A stretch of DNA of 64,000 nucleotides, taken from the NCBI GenBank assembly GCA_032128115.1, contig JAQBHB010000047.1, forward strand, positions 32,001-96,000, written 5' to 3'. Made by a program: the position numbers and the translations under genes. This stretch comes from Deltaproteobacteria bacterium (lineage in GTDB: Bacteria; Myxococcota_A; UBA9160; SMWR01). Positions 1 through 7,443 of this stretch are shown here, piece after piece. Positions within the stretch are counted from its first letter, which is position 1; each line of letters opens with the position of its first letter. The notes beneath the pieces are model-generated. The model saw only the letters and a program-made list of their open reading frames with translations, did not search any database and was not told the DNA's origin.

Positions 1-1016
1 ATGCCGTGGCCGAACGACAGGATGCGCGGCGGGCGGCGTTTGATGTCGAAGACATCCGGATTCTCGAACTCGCGCTTGTCGCGGTTGGCCGAAGGGTACA
101 GGAACATCACCGGACAGCCGGCGCGCATGGTCACACCCTGCAGCTCCACGTCGTTGAGAAGCGTTCGCATGAGGAACTGGGTCGGCATGTCGAAGCGAAG
201 CGTCTCGTTGAAGGCATCCGGGATCAGGGACGAATCCGCCACGCACTGGGCTCGCTGCTCCGGGTGCTTGTGCAGCAGATAGATGGCGCTGGAGAAGACC
301 TTGGGGAAGGTCTCGGCGCCGCCGATCAGGAAGAGCGACAGGTGCGAGCCGGCTTCCTCGTCCGTGAACCTGCGGCCGTCGATCTCGATGTCGAGCACGC
401 TGTCCACGGGGCTCCCCCCCTCGCTGGGACGCTTGCGCCGCTGCTGGATGAGCCCGGCAAAATACGCCGTCATCTCCATCATGGCGGCCAGACCGTCCTG
501 GGTCATTCCCTCGACGCCTTCCTCGCGGCCGAAGAAGCGCCAGACCAGCCCGTTCAGTTTTTCCGCGTCCTGCAAGGGAAAGCCGTTGGCAAGACACGCG
601 ACCTTCACCGAGATCTTCGACGCCACGTCGTTGTAGAGGTCGACGGAGCCGGCGCCCGGGATCGACTCGAAGGCGTCGTCGACGATCTGCCGGATCTGGG
701 GCTCGAGCGAGGCCACGCGGCCGGGCGTGAAGAACTTGCGGATCTGGGAGCGCAGCGCGGTGTGGGCCGGCGGGTCCATCAGGTTCAGCATGGGAGTCAC
801 CGGCTGCACCTTCGTGAGCAGGTGGGCCGCCGTGGTGCCCCTGGCGGTCGAGTAGTTCTTGGCGTCCATGGACGCCTTCCAGATGTCCTCGAAGCGCGAG
901 AGTGCGAAGGCGTCCCACTTTTCCAGGTGGTAGCAGGGGGCCTCCTCGCGAAGACGGGCGTAGATCGGGTGGGGATCCTTCATGACTTCTTCGGAGAAGG
1001 GGTCGTAGTCGATCAT
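1..1016 (-). CDS. Cytochrome P450 (3' end truncated by window edge), paralog of 4246..5427
   Basis: Not in the ORF track because it runs off the edge. Manual translation from ATG at 1016: MIDYDPFSEEVMKDPHPIY..., I-helix IGGAETFPK, ETLR (ExxR), ending RILSFGHG just before the heme-Cys. Confidence 0.9.
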   Translation of the reverse strand, partial: MIDYDPFSEEVMKDPHPIYARLREEAPCYHLEKWDAFALSRFEDIWKASMDAKNYSTARGTTAAHLLTKVQPVTPMLNLMDPPAHTALRSQIRKFFTPGRVASLEPQIRQIVDDAFESIPGAGSVDLYNDVASKISVKVACLANGFPLQDAEKLNGLVWRFFGREEGVEGMTQDGLAAMMEMTAYFAGLIQQRRKRPSEGGSPVDSVLDIEIDGRRFTDEEAGSHLSLFLIGGAETFPKVFSSAIYLLHKHPEQRAQCVADSSLIPDAFNETLRFDMPTQFLMRTLLNDVELQGVTMRAGCPVMFLYPSANRDKREFENPDVFDIKRRPPRILSFGHG

Positions 1017-1105
1017 CGTCGTCGGGCTCCGTCCGTCGCGAGGTTTGCCGGAGTATAGATCAAGCCGGCATGCTGAGGGGCCGTGAAGCCAGTAGAATAG
1101 CCGCC

Positions 1106-1774
1106 GTGAGCAGCGAACCGAAGCCTTCCGCCACCGTCGTTCCGATCCGCGACGCGGGCTCCGCGCTCGAGATCTTGCTGCTGCAGCGTTCGTCCAGGCG
1201 CGGGGACAAGCTGGGAGCCTGGGTGTTCCCCGGTGGCAAGATCGAAGCGGCGGATCGCGCGGGCGCGGCGTCGGATTGGCTGGATGCGGCGCGGCTCGCG
1301 GCGGTTCGCGAGACCCACGAGGAGGCAAGCCTCGCCCTCGAGGCAGAGAGCCTGGTTCCCATCTCGCGTTGGATCACTCCGGAGGTGACGCCGAAACGTT
1401 TCGACACCTGGTTCTTCCTGGGCCCTGTGGGGCCGGACGGGGAGGTCACCGTTGACGGTGGCGAGATCTGCGATCACCGCTGGTTGAGTCCCGGCGCGGC
1501 CCTGGAGGCATACCGGAGCGGCGAGATCCAGCTGGCGCCGCCGCAGTTCGTGACGCTCACCTGGCTCGAAGCCCATCGGTCGGTGGGCGATGCCCTGCGG
1601 GAGCTGGGCCGCGAACCCATCATGGTCTTCCATCCCCGCATCTGCCGCACGTCCGAAGGGGCCTGCATCCTGTATCCCGGAGACGCCGGCTACGAAGACT
1701 GGGAGATCGAGCGCCCGGGCGCGCGCCACCGCCTGTGGGCCCTGGGCGAGGGCTGGCGCTACGAGAGGGACTAG
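1106..1774 (+). CDS. NUDIX hydrolase (NUDT19/acyl-CoA diphosphatase-like subgroup)
   Basis: WVFPGGKIE...AAVRETHEEA Nudix box and WITP...RFDTWFF motif; GTG start at 1106 preferred over 1070. Confidence 0.85.
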   Translation: MSSEPKPSATVVPIRDAGSALEILLLQRSSRRGDKLGAWVFPGGKIEAADRAGAASDWLDAARLAAVRETHEEASLALEAESLVPISRWITPEVTPKRFDTWFFLGPVGPDGEVTVDGGEICDHRWLSPGAALEAYRSGEIQLAPPQFVTLTWLEAHRSVGDALRELGREPIMVFHPRICRTSEGACILYPGDAGYEDWEIERPGARHRLWALGEGWRYERD

Positions 1775-1980
1775 GCGCGGTTGCGATCCACGGGGTCGTT
1801 CTTGGCCCGCTTGCGCAACCACACGTTGCTGATGGTGACGAAGGCGAGCACCACCAGCAGCAGCACCAGCACCGGGAAGTTCATGCCCGGGCCGTCGTGC
1901 GCCGCGGCGGGCTGGCCGGGGGCGTCCGCCTGCGCCGTGCCGAGGCTCTCATGGGTCTGATTCTCCAGCTCTTCGGGCAT
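1771..1980 (-). CDS. Small single-pass membrane protein, unknown function
   Basis: ATG at 1980 preceded by GGAGG; hydrophobic stretch FPVLVLLLVVLAFVTI followed by a basic tail. Confidence 0.55.
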   Translation of the reverse strand: MPEELENQTHESLGTAQADAPGQPAAAHDGPGMNFPVLVLLLVVLAFVTISNVWLRKRAKNDPVDRNRA

Positions 1981-2204
1981 GACTCGCCTCCAGGTCCCCG
2001 CGGTTGCAACATCCGTTCCCCCAGGTGTCGCAGCGGAAGGCTCGCGTTCGACTGCGGCGGGACGAACCGGGACAGTACTCACCTCCCAGTGTACCCGATC
2101 GCCCCAAGTGGATGTTCATGCCCGCCTGCAGCCCCTACTGGCGCCGGTACGGGGATTGCACTCTCGGGTCCGGGAGTGCTGCGGCGCACGTCAGGGAGGC
2201 AGCG

Positions 2205-2609
2205 ATGGGAATCTCGTGTCCGTCCTTCGAGTTCTTCGAGGCGCTCGGGAAGAAGGCCGAGCAAGACGAAGAGTTTCGCGTCTGTGACGCCATGTTCGCG
2301 CTGGCCGTCGGCGAAAGCATGCTGACGGTGGAGTTCGAGAGCCCCGGGGTGGCCGTGGTTGCACGCGGCGGAAACCCCAACGACATGGACTTCGTGCTCA
2401 CGGGCTCCCTCGATGCCTGGAAGAAGCTGTTCCTGGCCATCGCTCGGAGCGCCGGCGCCGATGCGGCCCCGCGGATCGAGTCGCTGCTGGAAAGTGGAGG
2501 GGGCATCGCCCTGGAATCGGAAGAAGACGACGCCCGCGAAAAGTTCGATCGCTGCGCCGCCTCGCTCCAGGCCTTCTTCGACCGGGCCCGGGATCTCGAG
2601 TTCGATTGA
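2205..2609 (+). CDS. Hypothetical protein, possibly SCP2-like sterol/lipid-binding fold
   Basis: GGAGG before ATG 2205; PSFEFFEAL...DFVLTGSLDAWKKL pattern resembles SCP2-like proteins (inference). Confidence 0.5.
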   Translation: MGISCPSFEFFEALGKKAEQDEEFRVCDAMFALAVGESMLTVEFESPGVAVVARGGNPNDMDFVLTGSLDAWKKLFLAIARSAGADAAPRIESLLESGGGIALESEEDDAREKFDRCAASLQAFFDRARDLEFD

Positions 2610-2615
2610 CCCGGG

Positions 2616-3047
2616 TCAGGCGGGGGTCCAGCGCGGCAGATGGATCTCGTCGCTGATGCGCTGGAAGATCACGCGAAGGGGTGCGCCGATCTCGATCGCC
2701 ATCGGGTCGATCTCGTTGATGGCCCCCGTCTCCGACGTCACCAGGTTTCCCACCAGGCGGATGCTGGGATCCTCGTCCAGGGCCACGATGATCACGTTGT
2801 AGGGCGCCAGCTCCGCGAACTGCGGCAGAAGCGGTGGGTGGGGCACCGCGAACGACCACAGCGTTCCCCGGCCCGAGACGCGGGTCCACACGGGCTCCGC
2901 ATGTGGCGCCCACGGACTCAGGGCCCGCGGCGGGAAGATGAGTCGCGACGTCTCCGCACACTGCTGCACGCGCAGCTCACCCATGCGCGTGCCTTCCCAG
3001 AAGCGCGCGTTCTCTTCGTTCACGGGCGGGAGCAGCGGCTCGCTCAC
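2616..3047 (-). CDS. DUF35 Zn-ribbon/OB-fold protein (ChsH2 C-terminal-like), partner of Ltp2-like aldolase
   Basis: FWEG...ELRVQQC...FPPR...SGRGTLWSF...APYNVIIVALDE; C-terminal part of ORF 2616..4493; GTG immediately after the upstream stop. Confidence 0.85.
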   Translation of the reverse strand: MSEPLLPPVNEENARFWEGTRMGELRVQQCAETSRLIFPPRALSPWAPHAEPVWTRVSGRGTLWSFAVPHPPLLPQFAELAPYNVIIVALDEDPSIRLVGNLVTSETGAINEIDPMAIEIGAPLRVIFQRISDEIHLPRWTPA

Positions 3048-3049
3048 AT

Positions 3050-4198
3050 TCAGGCCCTCAGGATCATGGCGCTGGTGGGCACGCCTTCGCCGGCGGTGAC
3101 GAGGCAGCTGTCGGCGCCCTCCACCTGGTTCACCGAAGTGCCGCGGATCTGGCGCACGCCCTCGTTGATCAGGTTGAAGCCGTGCACGTAGGCCTCGGAG
3201 AGGCCCCCGCCAGAGGTGTTGATGGGAAGCCGTCCCCCCGACTCCAGGGCGCCGTCCTCCGTGAACGCCGCTCCCTCGCCCTTCTTGCAGAAGCGATAGC
3301 CCTCGAGCGAGAGCGGGATCAGCGGCGTGAAGGCGTCGTAGAGCTGGGCCACCCGGATGTCGGAGGCCTGGATGTCCGAGCCGCGATAGAGCTGCGCGGC
3401 GCAGGCCCACGAGGGCCCGGTCAGGGGATCCTGGCTCCAGTAGTTGACCATGGTGTGCGACTGTCGCGGCAGGCCCTGCCCGAACGAATGCAGGTAGGCG
3501 GGCTTGCTGCGGCAGTCTCGGGCCCGCTCGGCCGACACCACCACGCAGGCGAGCGCCCCGTCGCTCTCCAGGCAATTGTCGAACAGGCACAGGGGCTCGG
3601 AGATCCAGCGCGCGTTCATGTAGTCGTCGCGCGTGAGCACGCGTTCGTACATCATGGCGCCGGGGTTGCGGTTGGCCATCTTGCGCACGGCGATGGCCAC
3701 GTTGGCCAGGTGATCGCGGGTGGCGCCGAACTCGTGCATGTAGCGCCGGGTGAGGATGGCGATCTCGTCCATGGGGCGCAGCAGTCCCCAGGGCCGCGAC
3801 CACGCCGCCGGGGTCGAAAACTGCGGGTCCCGATTCGCCCAGGGCCGTTGCCCCGAGCCGCGCTTGCGCGAACGCCACGCGACGCCCACCCGGCACTGGC
3901 CGGTCGCGATCGCCATGGCCAGGTGGCCGACCGTGGCCGGTCCGGCACCGCCTCCGTAGCCCACCTGGCTGAAGAAAGTGACGTCGCCAACGCCAAGATT
4001 CTTCGCGATCTCGACCTCGTCGCTGGTCTCCATCGTGTACGAGGCGAGGCCGTCCACCTCGGAGGGCTCGATACCGGCGTCGTCGAGAGCAGCGAGGATG
4101 GCCTGACAGGCGAGCCTCTTCTCGGAGCCCTCGAGCTGCTTGGCGAAGGGGGTCTCTCCGATCCCGACGATCGCGGCCGCGTCCTTCAGCACGGGCAT
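3050..4198 (-). CDS. Ltp2-like thiolase-fold lipid-transfer protein / retro-aldolase
   Basis: AIVGIGETPF, YGGGAG (no nucleophilic Cys), QLYDAFTP and NTSGGGLSEAYVHG carrying the two Tyr typical of Ltp2 aldolases; adjacent DUF35 gene. Confidence 0.85.
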   Translation of the reverse strand: MPVLKDAAAIVGIGETPFAKQLEGSEKRLACQAILAALDDAGIEPSEVDGLASYTMETSDEVEIAKNLGVGDVTFFSQVGYGGGAGPATVGHLAMAIATGQCRVGVAWRSRKRGSGQRPWANRDPQFSTPAAWSRPWGLLRPMDEIAILTRRYMHEFGATRDHLANVAIAVRKMANRNPGAMMYERVLTRDDYMNARWISEPLCLFDNCLESDGALACVVVSAERARDCRSKPAYLHSFGQGLPRQSHTMVNYWSQDPLTGPSWACAAQLYRGSDIQASDIRVAQLYDAFTPLIPLSLEGYRFCKKGEGAAFTEDGALESGGRLPINTSGGGLSEAYVHGFNLINEGVRQIRGTSVNQVEGADSCLVTAGEGVPTSAMILRA

Positions 4199-4222
4199 CA
4201 GGATACCAGGCAGGATACCAGG
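4199..4222. repeat. Perfect 12-bp tandem duplication (CAGGATACCAGG x2)
   Basis: Read directly; immediately upstream of the ltp2-like start codon. Confidence 0.8.
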
Positions 4223-4245
4223 AGGCCCCAAAGCGGCGGAAACGT

Positions 4246-5427
4246 TCAGCGCGCCTCGAACGTGATGGGCAGCGATGCAAAGCCCTGGACGAACTCGGTG
4301 CGCAGGCGTTCGGCCCGGTCGATCTGCACTTCGTAGTCGGGCGCGTTCGCCAGGAGCTCTTCCAGGCAGACCCTGCCTTCCATCTTGGCCACGTGCAGAC
4401 CCACGCAGCCGTGGGTTCCCGCGCCGAAGGTGAGGATGCGCGGAGCTCGGCGCCGGATGTCGAAGACGTCCGGGTTCTCGAACTCGTCTTCATCGCGATT
4501 CGCCGAAGGGTACAGGAAGAGCACCACCTGGCCCTTGCAGAGCTTCTGGCCGCGGACCTCCACGTCCTCCACCAGTGTCCGGCCCAGGAACTGGGTGGGC
4601 ATGTCGTAGCGCAGCGTCTCCAGGTAGGCCTTTGGGATCAGGCCCGGGTCGGCGGCGCAGTCGGCACGCTGGTCCGGGTATTCCCCCAGCCGGAAGACGG
4701 CGTTCGCGAAGGTCTTCGGAAAGGTCTCCGAGCCCCCGATGATGAGCATGGAGAGGTGCGAGGAGACTTCCTCGTCGCTGAACTTCCGCCCGTTCAGCTC
4801 GAAGTGGCGGAACATGTTCACCACGTCCTCCGCGTCGTCGCCCGACTTCCGGCGCGCCGCCAGCAGGTCGGCGAAGTAGGCGTTCAGCTCCAGCGCCGCT
4901 GCGAGGCCGTCCTCGGTCATGCCGTCCACGCCCGGCTCGCGCCCGAAAAAACGCCAGACAAGGCCGTTCAGCAGGTCGCCGTCTTCCAGCGGGATGCCGA
5001 TCGCCATGCACGCGACCTTCACGGAGAGCTGGGCCGCCAGGTCGCCCACCACGTCACACTCGCCCTTTTCCAGCACGTTGCGCAGGCACGACTGCACGAT
5101 GTCGCGCATCACGGGCTCCAGGGCTCGGATCGCCGAGGGCGCGAAGAAGGGTTTCACGCCGGCGCGCAGCATCGTGTGGTCCGGGGGGTCCATCAGGTTG
5201 AGCATGGGCGTCACCGGCTGCACGCGGGTCAGCAGCTGCGAGGGTGTCGTGCCCTTCGCGGCGGAGTAGGCCGGGTGGGACGAGGCGTCCCAGATGTCCT
5301 GGAAGCGAGAGAGGGCCCAGGCGTCGTAGTTCTCCAGCGGGTAGACGGGCGCCTCCGCCCGAAGCCGCTTGTAGATCGGATACGGATCTTCCAGGACTTC
5401 GTCGGAGAACGGATCATAGGCGAGCAT
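4246..5427 (-). CDS. Cytochrome P450
   Basis: IGGSETFPK, ETLR, SANRD, FGAGTHGCVG heme-binding motif. Confidence 0.95.
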   Translation of the reverse strand: MLAYDPFSDEVLEDPYPIYKRLRAEAPVYPLENYDAWALSRFQDIWDASSHPAYSAAKGTTPSQLLTRVQPVTPMLNLMDPPDHTMLRAGVKPFFAPSAIRALEPVMRDIVQSCLRNVLEKGECDVVGDLAAQLSVKVACMAIGIPLEDGDLLNGLVWRFFGREPGVDGMTEDGLAAALELNAYFADLLAARRKSGDDAEDVVNMFRHFELNGRKFSDEEVSSHLSMLIIGGSETFPKTFANAVFRLGEYPDQRADCAADPGLIPKAYLETLRYDMPTQFLGRTLVEDVEVRGQKLCKGQVVLFLYPSANRDEDEFENPDVFDIRRRAPRILTFGAGTHGCVGLHVAKMEGRVCLEELLANAPDYEVQIDRAERLRTEFVQGFASLPITFEAR

Positions 5428-5454
5428 CGGGAGCCTCCTGGGTGTCTCGTCGGG

Positions 5455-6705
5455 TCAGGATTCCGGCGTGAAGCGGACGTTCATGCGCGCGCAGGTGCGC
5501 ACCAGTGCCGAGGACTCGAGCACTGCGCCCTCGGTGTCGGCGTACTCCATGTCGGGCAGGCGATGCAGCAGTTCCTCGAAGGCCACGCGCATCTCCATGC
5601 GCGCCAGGTTTGCGCCCATGCAGAAGTGGCTGCCCACGCCGAAGCCCAGATGGTTGGGATTGCGGTCGATGCGGAAGGCATCCGGGTCCTCGAACACCTC
5701 CGCGTCCCGGTTGGCCGAGGGGTACACCAGCAACACGAGCTGGCCCTTCTCGAGCTGCTTGTCGCGCAGCGTGGTGTTTCTGGTCACCGTGCGGCCGAAG
5801 TTGTTGACGGGCGAGACCATGCGCAGCATCTCCTCGATGGCCGAGTTCAGGAGTGACGGGTCGTCCAGCAGCTTCTGGCGCTGGTCCGGATTCTCGATCA
5901 GCAGCTGCATGCCGCCGGAGAGGGCGTTGCGGGTGGTCTCGTTGCCCGCCACCAGCAGGATCACCATCAGCTTGATGAGCTCGTCGTTGGCGAGGCCCAT
6001 GTCCGCCTTGTCCTGTTGCATCATGGCGAACGAACGCTGCTCGTCGAACTCCTGGAGCAGACCCTCGTCCTTGGCGCCGGTGAGGATGCTCACGAGATCA
6101 TCCTGTGGATCCTGGCGGCGTGCCTCGATGATTTCGGTGACGTAGGCGGCGTATTCCATGTAGGCGGCGCCGGCCTTGGCCATGACCTCCGGATCGTCCA
6201 TGCGTCCATCGGCCGCGATCATGGCGTCGGACCAGTGGTGGAAGCGATCGTAATCCTCATCGCGGATGCCGATCATCGCCGCGATCAGCCGAAGCGGCAG
6301 CGGCACGGCGATGTCGTTCACGAAGTCGCAATGGCCCTTGGATGCCACCGCGTCGATGGCGTCGGTGGTGATCTTCCGGAAGACAGCCTCGAGCTTTTTC
6401 ACCATGCGCGGCGTGAAGCCGCGGTTGATCAGGTTGCGCAGCTGGCCGTGGCGGGGCTCTTCCTCGTCGATCAGGCCAATCTTGGTGGGGATGTGCGGAC
6501 GCACACCCTGGCCGGAGGTGAAGGTGGCTTGATCCTTGGACACGGCATTCACGTCTTCGAAGCGCGTGAGGATCCAGATCTGGTCCTTTTCGGACCAGTG
6601 CACGGGATCGTTTTCCCGCAACCAGCGCAGGCGGGCGGCCATGTCCGCGTCCCAGCTCCTGGCGGCCATGTACTCCACGTTCACATCGACAGCATCATTC
6701 TTCAT
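5455..6705 (-). CDS. Cytochrome P450, CYP125/CYP142/CYP124-like (probable sterol or branched-lipid terminal oxidase)
   Basis: VAGNETTRNALSGG I-helix, EEMLR, FGVGSHFCMGANLARME; steroid-catabolic neighbourhood. Confidence 0.9.
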   Translation of the reverse strand: MKNDAVDVNVEYMAARSWDADMAARLRWLRENDPVHWSEKDQIWILTRFEDVNAVSKDQATFTSGQGVRPHIPTKIGLIDEEEPRHGQLRNLINRGFTPRMVKKLEAVFRKITTDAIDAVASKGHCDFVNDIAVPLPLRLIAAMIGIRDEDYDRFHHWSDAMIAADGRMDDPEVMAKAGAAYMEYAAYVTEIIEARRQDPQDDLVSILTGAKDEGLLQEFDEQRSFAMMQQDKADMGLANDELIKLMVILLVAGNETTRNALSGGMQLLIENPDQRQKLLDDPSLLNSAIEEMLRMVSPVNNFGRTVTRNTTLRDKQLEKGQLVLLVYPSANRDAEVFEDPDAFRIDRNPNHLGFGVGSHFCMGANLARMEMRVAFEELLHRLPDMEYADTEGAVLESSALVRTCARMNVRFTPES

Positions 6706-7345
6706 GGGAAAAGAGCCTTTCTACGACCTCGACCAGGAATCGCGTCTGTCTTTCGATCGCGTCCCTGCTCATCAGGTCTTCACCGTTGAGTTCGGCGTAT
6801 AGGGGAGCCATTGCGAAGTACCCGACCACGATGTGGTACATGGCCAGCACCAGCAGGGGGATCTGCTCGGAGCCCCAACGCTGGGCCGCCGGGCCCGCCT
6901 CTACCATTTCGTGGGATTTCGCGAAGATCGGTGCGATCCACTCGCGCAATACCGGGGTGAGCCGCAGTCCCCCGGAGAGGGTTTCGTGCAACACCAGGCG
7001 GGGCAGCTGTGGGTCCCGGGCCAGCAGCGCCATCACGCTGCGCACCACCCGCTTCGCATCCAGGTAGCCGGCGGTCCCTTCGTGCATGAACGCGGACAGC
7101 ACCTCGAGCACGGGACCCACGCCGCGTTCGAGCACCGCGGAGTAGAGCGTCTCCTTGCTCTCGAAGTGGTTGTAGAGGCTGGGGATGCGGAGGTCTGCGG
7201 CCCGGGCCACGTCGCGCAGGGTGGTGCCGGCGAAACCGCGCTCGGCGAAGAGGGCTTCGGCCGCGTCCAGGATCCGCTCGGCCGTAATCTCGCCCTTCCG
7301 GCGAGGCCGGGCGGTGGGCGCGAAGGCAGTGGGAGTGGCGGGCAT
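6695..7345 (-). CDS. TetR/AcrR family transcriptional regulator
   Basis: ILDAAEALFAERGFAGTTLRDVARAADLRIPSLYNHFESKETL helix-turn-helix. Confidence 0.95.
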   Translation of the reverse strand: MPATPTAFAPTARPRRKGEITAERILDAAEALFAERGFAGTTLRDVARAADLRIPSLYNHFESKETLYSAVLERGVGPVLEVLSAFMHEGTAGYLDAKRVVRSVMALLARDPQLPRLVLHETLSGGLRLTPVLREWIAPIFAKSHEMVEAGPAAQRWGSEQIPLLVLAMYHIVVGYFAMAPLYAELNGEDLMSRDAIERQTRFLVEVVERLFSHEE

Positions 7346-7365
7346 CCGGAGACCTTCAAAAAACT

Positions 7366-7404
7366 AACTAGCGCTAGTTTTTAATATCGGCCCCGGAATG
7401 TCAA
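7366..7404 (-). promoter_or_regulatory. sigma70-like promoter (TTGACA at 7404-7399) overlapped by a perfect 14-bp palindrome AACTAGCGCTAGTT (7366-7379), putative TetR operator
   Basis: AT-rich intergenic stretch; consensus -35; weak -10 (AAAACT at 17-nt spacing); palindrome covers the -10/+1 region upstream of tetR. Confidence 0.65.
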
Positions 7405-7443
7405 GTCTTGAAAAGAGATTAATTCTTGTTCTAAATCAGTTAG

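Noticed and set aside
6..1058. 350-aa plus-strand ORF
   Set aside because: Antisense shadow of the minus-strand P450, which has clear motifs
2616..4493. 625-aa ORF suggesting a long DUF35 fusion
   Set aside because: The N-terminal part is an off-frame, Arg/Pro-rich reading of the ltp2-like and P450 genes; the real gene starts at 3047
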